NCBI GenBank assembly: GCA_965217585.1
Contig: OZ244561.1
Span: 2,336,001 to 2,400,000 of the forward strand
DNA length: 64,000 bases
Direction: 5' to 3'
DNA from: Candidatus Latescibacterota bacterium
GTDB lineage: Bacteria; Latescibacterota; UBA2968; UBA8231
In this document: positions 1 to 10,159 of the stretch, one piece after another
Layout of the letters: the number at the start of each line of letters is the position of its first letter
How positions within the stretch are numbered: position 1 is the first letter of the stretch
Translations under genes and position numbers: made by a program
Notes under the pieces: model-generated
Told to the model about the DNA's origin: nothing
What the model saw: the letters and a program-made list of their open reading frames with translations, nothing else
Database searches by the model: none

Positions 1-2
1 AC

Positions 3-323
3 GGCGACCAGTCGCCGCCAGCGCACTCGTCGGGCCAGAAGCTGATGGATCTCGCCGACGTCGTCCTCGACAACCAGTGTCCGCCGGGAGACTGCGTGAT
101 CGAACTAGAGGGGCTGGAGTGGCGGACCGGGCCGGTATCGACGGTGACCGGCGCAATGATGATGAATATGCTGCGTTGCGAGGTGGCCGAGCGGTTGTTG
201 GCGCGGGGGATAAAGCCGGAGCTATTGCCGAGCCATCAGTTTGTGGGCAATACAAGTGCAGAAGAGCAGCTAGAGCGGTTTTACGAGGGCTACCGCAAGA
301 GCCTCAAGCATTTGTACGAGTAG
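3..323 (+). CDS. SIS (sugar isomerase) domain protein, 3' part (5' end outside window)
   Basis: Frame open from the window edge; LADVVLDNQCPPGD...GPVSTVTGAMMMN resembles SIS-domain proteins; heads a co-directional sugar cluster. Confidence 0.6.
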   Translation, partial: GDQSPPAHSSGQKLMDLADVVLDNQCPPGDCVIELEGLEWRTGPVSTVTGAMMMNMLRCEVAERLLARGIKPELLPSHQFVGNTSAEEQLERFYEGYRKSLKHLYE

Positions 324-375
324 TAGTCAATTTCCGTTCCAACGCCTCATTTACAAAACCCCTTTCCACCGAACC

Positions 376-1155
376 GTGGGCACTCTCGAGAACAAGGTTT
401 GTCTGATCACCGGCTCTACCGGCATCGCCGAAGCCACGGCTCTGCACGCAGCCGAGGAAGGGGCCAAGGTATTCGTCACCTCGCGCACGGAAGACCATTG
501 TAAGGCACTCGCCGAAAAATTGGGTGCCCAAGGGGCGCAGCGGGCAGCCGATCTGACGCAATGGGAACAGGTCGCCGCAGCCGTGGGGGCCTGCGTGGAG
601 CAGTGGGGGCGGATCGATGGGTTGTTCAATGTGGCGGGGATCAGCGGGCGGCGCTTTGGCGATGGGCCGCTGCACGAGTGTACTGAGGAAGGGTGGGACG
701 CGACGTTGGATGCCAACGCCAAGAGCATGTTTTTGGTGTGTCGCGCCGTGCTGCAACAAATGTTGACCCAAGAATTGCGCGAAGACGGAGCGCGGGGGGC
801 GATCCTCAACATGGCCAGTGTGTTGGCCTTTTCACCGGAGCGGAAGTTTTTTGCCTCGCACGCCTATGCGGCCAGCAAGGGGGCCATTGTGTCGCTGAGC
901 AAGGCCATGGCCAGCTACTACGCGCCGCACGGGATTCGGGTCAATGCCATTGCGCCGGCGCTGGTGGAGACGCCCATGAGCCAGCGGGCTGGAGAAAACG
1001 CGGAAATCATGGCGTTTATGCGCGATAAGCAGCCGCTCGGGGCGATGATGAGCGCAGCGGATGTGGCGGGGATGGCGGTCTTTTTATTGGGGGACCGAGC
1101 GCGGGCGATTACCGGAACCGTGGTGACCGTGGATGCAGGTTGGTGCGTGAGTTGA
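376..1155 (+). CDS. SDR family NAD(P)-dependent oxidoreductase
   Basis: TGSTGIA nucleotide-binding motif, NVAG, YAASK catalytic motif, IRVNAIAP. Confidence 0.92.
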   Translation: MGTLENKVCLITGSTGIAEATALHAAEEGAKVFVTSRTEDHCKALAEKLGAQGAQRAADLTQWEQVAAAVGACVEQWGRIDGLFNVAGISGRRFGDGPLHECTEEGWDATLDANAKSMFLVCRAVLQQMLTQELREDGARGAILNMASVLAFSPERKFFASHAYAASKGAIVSLSKAMASYYAPHGIRVNAIAPALVETPMSQRAGENAEIMAFMRDKQPLGAMMSAADVAGMAVFLLGDRARAITGTVVTVDAGWCVS

Positions 1156-1169
1156 CACAAGGAGGGCGC

Positions 1170-2147
1170 ATGAAAGAATACGTCATTGGCTTTGACGTGG
1201 GCGGCACCCGGGTCAAAAGCGGCGCGGTGACTCGGCGGGGGCGAATGCTGGCACCGGGTATCAACCCGTCGGGATTTGCGCTGGGCATGGGCAATTTGCT
1301 CAAGACGCTCAAGGAGGAGGTCGCGCGGATTTCCAAGCGGCTAGGCGGCAAGCCGCAGGCCATTGGCTTGGGTTTTCCCGGAGCCGTGGATCCCGAGGTC
1401 GGCGTGGTGTACATGCCGGGCAAAATTAAAGGGCTGGAAGGCTATCCGATAGTCGAGCGGCTGGCCAAGGCTACAGGTGTGCCGGTCATCGCCGACAACG
1501 ACGGCCGCATCTCCATCTACGCCGAGCGCTACTACGGCCTAGCGCAGGATGTGGACTGGGCGGTGACCATCACTCTCGGCACCGGCGTCGGCTCCGGGGC
1601 CTTGCTCGACGGCAAAATCCTGCGCGACCCGCATCTCCAGTTCGGGACGCAGATGAGCCATATCGTCATGCAGGCCCTCGGCGGACGGCTGTGCCTGACC
1701 AACGCGCGGGGCACCGCTGAGATGATGTGCTCGGCCACGGCCCTGACTCAGCAGGTGCGGGACGGGCTGGCACGCGGCATTCCCTCGGTCCTGAGCGACC
1801 AGTACTTCAAAGACCCTAGCTCAATTGATTTCAAGGCCGCGATCCGTGGCGTCAAGCGCCAAGACCGGCTCTGCATGGACGAACTGGAGCACTGGACCCG
1901 CAACTTGGGCTGGCTGCTGGTAAGCGCGGTACACGTGTATGCTCCCCAGCGGATTATCCTCAGCGGCGGGGCGACCAATGCGGCCGAGCACTTTCTTGAA
2001 CCGCTGCAAAAGCAAGTTGACAACCACTTGTTCCGCTATCCGGCGGGCGCAGGCGTGCCAATTGTCCTGTCCAAGCTGCGCGACCACGCCGGCGTTTTGG
2101 GGACGGCGGCAATCGCTTGGGAAAAGGCGGATGGAGAAAAGACGTGA
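1170..2147 (+). CDS. ROK family sugar kinase
   Basis: IGFDVGGT, GLGFPGAVD, DNDG, TLGTGVGSG motifs; ATG 1170 after GGAGG. Confidence 0.9.
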   Translation: MKEYVIGFDVGGTRVKSGAVTRRGRMLAPGINPSGFALGMGNLLKTLKEEVARISKRLGGKPQAIGLGFPGAVDPEVGVVYMPGKIKGLEGYPIVERLAKATGVPVIADNDGRISIYAERYYGLAQDVDWAVTITLGTGVGSGALLDGKILRDPHLQFGTQMSHIVMQALGGRLCLTNARGTAEMMCSATALTQQVRDGLARGIPSVLSDQYFKDPSSIDFKAAIRGVKRQDRLCMDELEHWTRNLGWLLVSAVHVYAPQRIILSGGATNAAEHFLEPLQKQVDNHLFRYPAGAGVPIVLSKLRDHAGVLGTAAIAWEKADGEKT

Positions 2148-3172
2148 AAGAGCAGCCCTTACGCACCACCGTTATCGGCTCCTACCCCTTCCCAAGCTGG
2201 CTCGAATACGCATCTGAGCATCTAGCGGCCTTCGGGCCGGACGATATCGCCGAGATGCAGGACGACGCGGTCGTTGCCGCGCTCGGCGACCAAGTGCGCG
2301 CCGGGTTGGACGTAGTCACCGACGGCGAGCAGACCCGCTTTGACTTCAACCTCTCCTTTTACGGCTATCTCCAAGGCATCGACCTAGAGTCCGCACCGCC
2401 TAGGCACTTCGGCCCGCCCGCCCACGACCAGCGGGGGCGTCACGCAATCACTGGACCGCTGCAAGCGCCGCACGGCTTGGGCGCGGTGGAGGAGTTTGCG
2501 CGGCTCAAGCGGCTAGCGCCAGCAGGGCCGACGCTCAAGGCCAGTGTGCCGGGGCCTTATACGTTGAGCGGCCGGCTCGTCCCCAACGATCAGTATCCGG
2601 ACCGCTGGGCAGTGACCGAGGCGCTGTTGCCGATTGTGCGGAGCGAGCTGGAGGCGCTCTGTGCGGCGGGTTGCACGGAACTGACCGTCGATGAGCCGTC
2701 GATGAGTTGCTATGCCCACCGCGAGGATCCAGCGCGCTTCGTCGATATCTTCAATCGCACGGTCGAATCCGTCGCCGGGCAGTGCCGACTCTCGACCCAT
2801 CTGTGCTTCGGCAACTACAAGGGCCGCGCCGTGGGGTTGCGCCGCTACGCGCCCATGTTCCCGGCCTTCTTGGACATGCAGGTCGATGAAATGCACGTCG
2901 AGATGGCCAGCCGCGAATTCGCCGAACTGGAGACCATCGGCCCGATCGCCGCAAAGATGGACGTGGCCGTGGGGATCATCGACGTCAAGAGCTATTACAT
3001 TGAAACCGTAGAGGACATCGCGGCGCGGGTCGAGGCGTGCTTGGAGTATGCCCCGGCCGACAAGCTCTCTTTCGCGCCCGATTGCGGGCTGAGCCAAACG
3101 GCGCGCTGGGCAGCGAAGCAAAAGCTGGAGAACATGGTGGCTGGAGTGCGCGCCGTGCGGGAGAAGCTGTGA
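2144..3172 (+). CDS. Cobalamin-independent methionine synthase II-family protein (single catalytic barrel)
   Basis: TTVIGSYP, TDGEQ, PGPYTL, VDEP, HLCFGN, FAPDCGL zinc ligands; GTGA overlap with ROK stop. Confidence 0.88.
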   Translation: MKEQPLRTTVIGSYPFPSWLEYASEHLAAFGPDDIAEMQDDAVVAALGDQVRAGLDVVTDGEQTRFDFNLSFYGYLQGIDLESAPPRHFGPPAHDQRGRHAITGPLQAPHGLGAVEEFARLKRLAPAGPTLKASVPGPYTLSGRLVPNDQYPDRWAVTEALLPIVRSELEALCAAGCTELTVDEPSMSCYAHREDPARFVDIFNRTVESVAGQCRLSTHLCFGNYKGRAVGLRRYAPMFPAFLDMQVDEMHVEMASREFAELETIGPIAAKMDVAVGIIDVKSYYIETVEDIAARVEACLEYAPADKLSFAPDCGLSQTARWAAKQKLENMVAGVRAVREKL

Positions 3173-3197
3173 GAGGATTGCCAACGCGGAGGAAGAA

Positions 3198-4175
3198 ATG
3201 AGCTATAAACCAGTGGCTGCCCAGCGGCCCGATCGCTATAAAGTCTCCACGGCGGAATACGCCCAGTACCAGAAACAGGGGTTCCTCGTTGTCGAGCGCT
3301 TGGTCGATATGGAGGAAGTGGAAGAACTCAAAGCGCATGTCATGGCCATGCTCAAGGGCCAAATCGACGTTCCCGGCCAAGAGCCTCCAGCCCCGGAGGC
3401 GACGGATGCAGAGTTGGTACAGCGTTTCACGCGGGTACACCAACTGCACCGCTGGGACGCCACCTGCGAGCGCTTTTTACTGCACCCGCGCATCTTGGAC
3501 GTTTTGGAGGCGCTCATCGGGCCGGATGTGCTGGCTTTGCAGACCATGCAGTTTTTCAACGCGCCGGGCATGGGCGGACAGGGTTGGCACCAAGATTCCT
3601 ATTACATCACGACCTACCCGGATACCCTCATCGGCGCTTGGTTGGCCTTGGAGCGGGCCGACGAGGAGAATGGCTGCCTGTGGGTCGCGCCCGGGTCGAA
3701 CCACGAGCCTATTTATCCCGATGAAGGCCGGGGGCACCTAGTCCACGCCGAGGGGGCCTTTGACGAAATTGAGGTTGTAGAGGGGATTAGCCATCTCGAC
3801 GACGAGGTCAACACGCTGTCGGGTGTGGCGCGGCGCTACGGAGACGCAGTGCCAGTGGTGGTGGAAGCCGGCGATGTGGTGTTCTTCCATCCGCATCTCC
3901 TGCATCGCTCCCATCCCAATCAGTCGCCCGATCGCTGGCGGCGGGCTTTTGTCAGCCATTACTGCAACGCCCGCTCCTGGGTTCCGTGGAATCACGGGGC
4001 GGCCTATGAGGGACCGGCGGCTAATTACAAGCACATCCTAGCGCGGGGGCGGACCCATCTGCCCTTTGCCCGTCCCGCGTTCGGCACGCCGTGCGCGGCA
4101 TTGGCGACCGATGCGAATGGCGCTCCCGAGCGCATGGTGGCGAGCGGGGGCGATATGGAGAAGCAGGAGGCCTAG
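3198..4175 (+). CDS. Phytanoyl-CoA dioxygenase (PhyH) family Fe/2OG dioxygenase
   Basis: WHQD, ENGCLWVAPGS, GDVVFFH..LLHRS..N...R motifs. Confidence 0.9.
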   Translation: MSYKPVAAQRPDRYKVSTAEYAQYQKQGFLVVERLVDMEEVEELKAHVMAMLKGQIDVPGQEPPAPEATDAELVQRFTRVHQLHRWDATCERFLLHPRILDVLEALIGPDVLALQTMQFFNAPGMGGQGWHQDSYYITTYPDTLIGAWLALERADEENGCLWVAPGSNHEPIYPDEGRGHLVHAEGAFDEIEVVEGISHLDDEVNTLSGVARRYGDAVPVVVEAGDVVFFHPHLLHRSHPNQSPDRWRRAFVSHYCNARSWVPWNHGAAYEGPAANYKHILARGRTHLPFARPAFGTPCAALATDANGAPERMVASGGDMEKQEA

Positions 4176-4978
4176 GGCGTATGATCCGTGTCGATGGGTG
4201 CTTCGTCCTTATCTAGAAAGCGCTCGGTGGTATTGTGGGTCGCCGGGCTAGTGCGGAAATCGGCGATCCAAGGCTGGCGGAAATAAGCCTGCTTTTCGCG
4301 CGACAGGCTGTGCAGCACCACCGGGGGGATCTTCAGCCGGTGCCAGTGAGTAGCCAAATGCGAATAGGCGTTTAGTACGGTTACGCGCGGGGTGTCGCGG
4401 TTCCACACCGGTCCGGCGTGGCACAAATTTTCGGTGAAAAAAACCGCGCTGCCGGCCGGGCAGGCGTATGTGGTGAGGAAGGGACTGCGCTTGCCCTCTT
4501 CCAGCGACCGATGGTCTTCGTGGATGGGGAATTCCGACTTGTGGCTGCCGATTAAGAAATGGGTGCTCTGGTCTTCTAGCGCAATATCGGTCAATTCAAA
4601 AATAACCCGCACCATACCGGCGTGGATGCGTCCGTTTTTCACCCGATAGCCAAAAATGGGATCGGCTTGCCCAGGGCCGCCCCCGTGCAGCGCGCCGTGC
4701 TCCTCGCCCTTTTTGCGCCAGACGCAGCTACAGCCTTCCAGCCTTATATCGGGTCCAATTACTTCCCGAATCACATCGACCACTTGGGGATGGTCGATCA
4801 GTACGCTGGCCGGACCGCCGGGCACGTCGCGGTGTTCGGGTGGCAGCGATTGGGGGTCATGTTTGATGCGGTCGATCTGATCGACGATAGCGGCGACTTC
4901 GTCGGGCTTCAAAATGGCGGGGCGCACCAAAAAGCCGGTGAGGTCAAAGCGGAAGCGTTCTTCTTCGGTCATAGCCAT
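4172..4978 (-). CDS. PhyH-like dioxygenase (HGG variant)
   Basis: MTEEERFRFDLTGFL start, LHGGG, GSHKS, AGSAVFFTENLCH. Confidence 0.78.
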   Translation of the reverse strand: MAMTEEERFRFDLTGFLVRPAILKPDEVAAIVDQIDRIKHDPQSLPPEHRDVPGGPASVLIDHPQVVDVIREVIGPDIRLEGCSCVWRKKGEEHGALHGGGPGQADPIFGYRVKNGRIHAGMVRVIFELTDIALEDQSTHFLIGSHKSEFPIHEDHRSLEEGKRSPFLTTYACPAGSAVFFTENLCHAGPVWNRDTPRVTVLNAYSHLATHWHRLKIPPVVLHSLSREKQAYFRQPWIADFRTSPATHNTTERFLDKDEAPIDTDHTP

Positions 4979-5054
4979 GGGAATATCTCTCGGGAAGCGT
5001 TTTTCTAGTGAGTATAGGAGACGGGCCGGTCTTGTGAAGCCAGGACCGCCGGCC

Positions 5055-6188
5055 TCAGTTGACCCTCTGCATGAGGCGTTGGGTGATGGAGCCTTCCTGG
5101 GTCAGGGCGTAGATGATCACGTTGACCGCCATCTGATTGTAGCGCGGGTTGCTGCCCCAGCCTATGCCGCCAATACCGACCATCCGGCCGCGGATGAAGT
5201 ACCCGGTGACGATGTCCCTCCAGTCAATATGGCCCCCAGTACCACCTTTCAGAGAGAAAAAGGCATTGAAAATGGGATGGTCCAAGAGTAGGCGTTCGGA
5301 CCAGAAATCATACCCGTCCACTAAGCCACCGTACTTTACCAAGGCTTCGCGATGGTAACCTCCCAGAACGAAGCCCCCGGACAGCATATAGCGGGCATAG
5401 CTTTCCATATCGCTCTCGTTGAGGGACCCCTGAGGAATGAGAATGGGCAGTTCGAGTAGGCGGTTGTCGTTGTAGGTGATCGTGCCGATAAACTCGGCTT
5501 CGAGTCCGGTGTACTCATTGATAACGTCGCACAAAGCATCAATTGAGTACAGATTCAAATTGTTGTAACCCGCCAATTGATCGGTAATGCCGCGGCCCGA
5601 AATCACATGGGCTATTTTGATGAAGCCCTTGATCGCCTGGGGATCGCCGGGGTTCTGGATGACCATGGCCCGGTAGCGACCGGTATCCATGCTGTTGACA
5701 TCGAGCATTTCCAAGGCCATGTCGATTTTGTGCTCCGGCATCCGCGTACTGGTCACCGAGGTGGAGACGAGCTTGGGCTCGAGTATAAGGCTGTTCGTGG
5801 TGTTATCGGTAATCGGCTTGAACAAGCTAATGCCCGAGTTGCCGACGTGGCTGGAAATCAACGAGCGGACATTGAAGTTAGTCGTGGCCTGCACTTGATC
5901 TAGACGGGCGGCGGCCAAGTGGACTTGGCGGCGGGCTAGTTGGCGCTTGGGCTTGGGGATTTTGCGCAGTTCTAAGGGTTTGGTCAGACGGGGTTCGCGT
6001 TTGATGAATTTGGTGCTGAGAGGCCTAGGAGCTTTGGTCTCGACTTGTTGGAAGGGATTGAGGGCAACGAAGACCAAAATGAGACCGACGGCCAGCGCCA
6101 AGGACAGGAGGAGGCCTCGGCGTTGGCGAGCGACCAACTCGGCGAGATCGAAACCGGAAGCGGGAGAATTAAAGCGGGAAGAACTCAT
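5055..6188 (-). CDS. Membrane-anchored protein with DUF4159-like C-terminal domain
   Basis: N-terminal TM helix; C-terminal SGGFVL, HPIFNAFF, QMAVNVIIYALT typical of DUF4159. Confidence 0.6.
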   Translation of the reverse strand: MSSSRFNSPASGFDLAELVARQRRGLLLSLALAVGLILVFVALNPFQQVETKAPRPLSTKFIKREPRLTKPLELRKIPKPKRQLARRQVHLAAARLDQVQATTNFNVRSLISSHVGNSGISLFKPITDNTTNSLILEPKLVSTSVTSTRMPEHKIDMALEMLDVNSMDTGRYRAMVIQNPGDPQAIKGFIKIAHVISGRGITDQLAGYNNLNLYSIDALCDVINEYTGLEAEFIGTITYNDNRLLELPILIPQGSLNESDMESYARYMLSGGFVLGGYHREALVKYGGLVDGYDFWSERLLLDHPIFNAFFSLKGGTGGHIDWRDIVTGYFIRGRMVGIGGIGWGSNPRYNQMAVNVIIYALTQEGSITQRLMQRVN

Positions 6189-6274
6189 CGCGCCCTCCTG
6201 AGTGGAGGTTGAAGAGATCAGCCGACAACTTGGTGCTCAAGATATCCCAATCCACCACTGCAATCAAGCACGGC

Positions 6275-6538
6275 TCACTCCCGATTGCAGAAATCCAACA
6301 GGAACTGGGTCGCCTGTAGCCGCGAGGCCCGCGACGGCGAATGACCCGGAGAATCCACTACGTGCAGTTGGCTCAGCAAGGTGTCTTGGGGCAGGGTCCG
6401 GCGCTGCTCGGCAAAGAGCTGCATGGCAAAGCGGACGCAGGCTTCAGTATCGACCACGTCGTCCTGGCTACCCACGCTCAAGTAGGTGCAGCGGAGCTGT
6501 TGGTCGCCGGCGGCGACGGTGAATTCTTCGGTATTCAT
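6275..6538 (-). pseudogene. Probable internally deleted hydrolase remnant
   Basis: 87 aa; VGSQDDVVDT and DSPGHS resemble the C-terminus of an alpha/beta hydrolase, with no nucleophile region. Confidence 0.35.
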
Positions 6539-6692
6539 ACGGGCATAATGTAAAACTCCAACCGCTGATTGGAGAAATCAGTTGGGCCAATAATTTGGTG
6601 GTTATGGGGCGCTGCAAGGACCGCTGGAGCGGGAATTCTACATCCGCATGACCTGCAAGTTCGGCTGGACGAAGAATGTCCGCATCCACCAA

Positions 6693-8123
6693 TCACTGCT
6701 GCACAAAGCTGTATAAGCACGCGTCGCGCAAGTAGAACTTGAGGCGAATCACGCGGCCCTGCAGAGCGCCATACGAAGTCCGTCGCCAAGTCACCTGATG
6801 ATCGACCGAATCGCCGTCGAAGAGCGCGCAATCCATCCGGCCAAAGCCCTCGTGCTGGACGCCCGCCTCGTCGAGCACAGCCACCGCCACTAGGCCGCCT
6901 TTGGCCGCAGCATTGATGTGCAGCGAATCCCCTCGGCAGATAAAGGGCTTGGTGATGAGCGTGCCCGTTTCTGCGCCAGCGTTGACCGACACAAAGCCAT
7001 CGACGCGCAGCTTGGCCAAGCAGATGGGGCCGCTGCGTCCGGTGGGACCGTGCTCGATGGGGCAGGGCGAGTAGTAAAACCACAACTCGTCGCCCACGGA
7101 CACCGGCGCATGGGCCACGTACACTTCGCCAGCGTCGATGCTGTTGGGCGGGCCGTTGGGAATAAAGGCTTGGCGATCCCCTACTCGCTCCCAAGAAATG
7201 CCGTTGCGGCTGATGGCCAATTGCACGTCAACAGGGCCAAAAAAGCGGATGTGGGGTTCTTCGGGCGGGGTGTGGTAGGCCAGCAGTTGGCCAATGTACA
7301 GGCCCTCGTACTTGAAGACCTGCATGTTGTAGAATTGCAGGCCCTCGGGGTCTTGCCCGTCGGGTTCGAGAATCTCCTCGGGGTCGGTCCAGTGGATGAA
7401 ATCGTCGCTGACCGAGCGGCCGACGCGGCGGATCTTATTGCCCTCGTGGAGCGAAGGGCGGCAGTACGCCACGTATTGGCCGTGCAATTCGTCCCAGCCC
7501 AATAGCGTATGCGAGTCGCTGGCCCGGGTAATGACCGGATTACCCGGATACTTGGTCCAGTGCAAACCGTCGGACGAAAAGGCCACGGAGACGCCATCGC
7601 CTTCGTTGGAAGTGCCGTCGGCAGCGCGCGATTCGTAAAACAGCGACTTGTAGCGCCTGTCGGGGTCGGGGTCGTGCGGGTCGCAAATGACGTTGCCGCC
7701 GGCCGCGTTGATGAGCACAATATTGGTGTCTTTGCTGCCTTCGTACGCGACCAACCCCAAGTTGGGTCGCTCCCAAAAGATGCCGTCCTCGGAGGTGGCA
7801 AAGCAGGTGCTATAGAGCAGGTTCTGCGGGTCGAACCCCATAGCGGCCCACTTGGAGGTATTCTCAGCGCCCATCTGGGCCACGCCCATGCGGCCCAACC
7901 CCGTGTACCACATGCGGAAGTGGCCGCTGGCCGGGTCGCGCAGGACGGTGCCGTAGAGTTCGACCCGGCCCTCCCAAGGGTAGAGGGGAAAGAAGAGGGG
8001 GTTGCCGACGTATTTGGCCGGCTGATTCAAGGTGCGAGCCACGGCGTGCGTCTGGGCGATGATGTGGTCGTCGACGAACAGTTGCTTAGTGGTGCCGATG
8101 TCGAGGACGGTTTCGCGTTCCAT
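6693..8123 (-). CDS. Beta-propeller glycoside hydrolase-like protein (GH32/GH43 clan)
   Basis: QLFVDD start, repeated S.DG..W / SDDF..W motifs, LRVDGFVS, C-terminal beta-sandwich. Confidence 0.75.
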   Translation of the reverse strand: MERETVLDIGTTKQLFVDDHIIAQTHAVARTLNQPAKYVGNPLFFPLYPWEGRVELYGTVLRDPASGHFRMWYTGLGRMGVAQMGAENTSKWAAMGFDPQNLLYSTCFATSEDGIFWERPNLGLVAYEGSKDTNIVLINAAGGNVICDPHDPDPDRRYKSLFYESRAADGTSNEGDGVSVAFSSDGLHWTKYPGNPVITRASDSHTLLGWDELHGQYVAYCRPSLHEGNKIRRVGRSVSDDFIHWTDPEEILEPDGQDPEGLQFYNMQVFKYEGLYIGQLLAYHTPPEEPHIRFFGPVDVQLAISRNGISWERVGDRQAFIPNGPPNSIDAGEVYVAHAPVSVGDELWFYYSPCPIEHGPTGRSGPICLAKLRVDGFVSVNAGAETGTLITKPFICRGDSLHINAAAKGGLVAVAVLDEAGVQHEGFGRMDCALFDGDSVDHQVTWRRTSYGALQGRVIRLKFYLRDACLYSFVQQ

Positions 8124-8212
8124 GGTTTTTCAGACAGCTTCTAAGTGTTGTTCAAGTGAATTTCACCAGCAGTATCCATGCAATCCACATGCCCAAGTAA
8201 AGGAAAGGAATT

Positions 8213-9019
8213 GTGAAGATCGACAAAGACAAAGGTGCTGCCAAGCGCGATTTGGGCCGGGGCTTTGAGGGCCGCCGGATGGACCTAAACGTGGGGCATT
8301 TTTTCTACTGGGTGCGGGCGGGGGCCGCCCCAACCCTAGTGCTGATACCGGGCAGCTTTAATGACGCCTATGCCTTAGAGGGCATTATTGATGGACTCGA
8401 TGAGAGCATGCAGGTGGCAGTCATAGAAGTGCGCGGCCACGGCGGTGGTTGGCCGCCCCCGCGAGGGGGTTCAATTGAGCAATTCGCCCAAGACGCGCTG
8501 CGCGTCATTGATGAACTGGGACTCGATTGCTGCTATGTGGGTGGCCACAGCATTGGCGGTATGATCGCCCTAGAGGTGGGCCGCGTGCAGCCGCAAAAGG
8601 TCCGGGGCATCATTTCTATGGAGGGCTGGACCAGTCACCATGTCCTGGCCAATGCGTTTGGCAGCGATGTCTCCAGTACGCTCTCGCCGCGGCAACAAGC
8701 GCGCCATGAGGCCCTGCGTCGCCGGGTGCTGGGGCGCTGGACAGACGCGCAAATAGCGGAATTTCGCACGTACTGGAAAAAGTGGGATGGGTACGATTTT
8801 CTTTGCCGCACCGAGTTGCCCATCTTGGAATTGTACGGCGACCGGGGCCGCAACAGACCCAGTCTGGCCCAATTGCGCATTCCGGCGCGGGCCAATATCC
8901 AAGTCCAGTGGATGGCCCACGTATCGCACAATTTGCAGCTTGAATGCCCCCGGGCCGTGGCCCAGGCGTGCCGCGATTTTATCGCTCGGATCGAACGCGA
9001 GACTGGCTCGGGTCAATAA
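8213..9019 (+). CDS. Alpha/beta fold hydrolase
   Basis: RGHG, GHSIGG nucleophile elbow, C-terminal His; start uncertain. Confidence 0.85.
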   Translation: MKIDKDKGAAKRDLGRGFEGRRMDLNVGHFFYWVRAGAAPTLVLIPGSFNDAYALEGIIDGLDESMQVAVIEVRGHGGGWPPPRGGSIEQFAQDALRVIDELGLDCCYVGGHSIGGMIALEVGRVQPQKVRGIISMEGWTSHHVLANAFGSDVSSTLSPRQQARHEALRRRVLGRWTDAQIAEFRTYWKKWDGYDFLCRTELPILELYGDRGRNRPSLAQLRIPARANIQVQWMAHVSHNLQLECPRAVAQACRDFIARIERETGSGQ

Positions 9020-9030
9020 TTGCGCTCCGA

Positions 9031-10062
9031 TTAACCCACTCTCAGCGGATACACCCAACAGGTGCTGCCGCCCAGTTCGCAGGGCGCGCCAAAGGGTTCG
9101 AGGCGGCCGATCTCGTCAATGCGGTAGGAGACCAGCCGCGTGGAGCCGTCGCCACCGCCGTACATGAACTTGCCTTCGGGTTCAATGGCAAAGGGGCGCG
9201 GGGTGGCCTCGCCGGGCTGTTGCCCCAGCGAGCGGATCAGGCCGGTGTCTGGATCAATGGCGAACATCGCGATGCTGTCGTGGCCTCGGTTGGAGGCGTA
9301 GATCGACTTGCCGGAGGGGTGGATGTGGAGCTGGGCGTTGCTGTTGGCTTCGCGGCCGGGAAAATCTTCTTCGGGTAGGGTCGATACGGTCTGTACCGCC
9401 TGTAGGGTGCCTTGGTCCGTGTCGAAGCGGTACACGGTGACGCTGGAGCCTTGCTCGTTATCGGCGTACATCACGTCGAGGTTGGGGTGGAATGCTAGGT
9501 GGCGCGGGCCTTCGCCTTGTCCACAAGCCAGAATGGGTACAGCCGGGTTGGGGCTTAGTTTGCCGGTATCGGCGTCAAAGAGGAATTGATAGATCGAATT
9601 GGCCGACTCGACATGGGGCACAAAGGCGTAGCGGTTGGAAGGATCGGTGGCAATGCAGTGGGCGAAGCGCTCGGTCTTGTAGGTATCGACGGCCGGGTCC
9701 TGCAAAGCGCCGTCGCCACCAATGGAGTGGACCGTGGCCATGCCGCCGAGGTAGTAGGCGGCCAAAAGAAAGCGACCCGTGCGGTCGGTGGACAAATAGC
9801 AGGGCATGGCCGCGACCGGCACTTCGCCGGTGGGCGTCAAAGCCCCGGTGGCTGGATCGATGGCGTAGCTGCCAATGGCGTGATCGTCGCCGTCTCTCAA
9901 GCCGACGTACAGGTATTGGCGCTTTGGATCGGCGGCAACCGCGAAGCCGCTTTTGTTCAGGGTAATCTGGTGTTTGCGTTCGAGTTGGCCCGAATCGACA
10001 TCCATGGAAAAGACTAGCAATTGGTTCTCTGTCGAGATCGGCACGTAGAGGTAGTAGTTCAT
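9031..10062 (-). CDS. pgl: 6-phosphogluconolactonase-like 7-bladed lactonase (YbhE family)
   Basis: AHCIATDP, GPRHLAFHP, ASNRGHDSIA, TPRPFAI. Confidence 0.85.
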   Translation of the reverse strand: MNYYLYVPISTENQLLVFSMDVDSGQLERKHQITLNKSGFAVAADPKRQYLYVGLRDGDDHAIGSYAIDPATGALTPTGEVPVAAMPCYLSTDRTGRFLLAAYYLGGMATVHSIGGDGALQDPAVDTYKTERFAHCIATDPSNRYAFVPHVESANSIYQFLFDADTGKLSPNPAVPILACGQGEGPRHLAFHPNLDVMYADNEQGSSVTVYRFDTDQGTLQAVQTVSTLPEEDFPGREANSNAQLHIHPSGKSIYASNRGHDSIAMFAIDPDTGLIRSLGQQPGEATPRPFAIEPEGKFMYGGGDGSTRLVSYRIDEIGRLEPFGAPCELGGSTCWVYPLRVG

Positions 10063-10159
10063 GGTGTGATAGTCCTCTCTTCGTTAGGTTTCCGGTGAAT
10101 TGCCCTGATAAACTATGCAGCGCAGCCTGCGGAACCAATTTAACCCCCTGGAGGAAACT

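Noticed and set aside
4172-4175. Two convergent genes sharing CTAG as both stop codons
   Set aside because: Ordinary 4-bp convergent overlap
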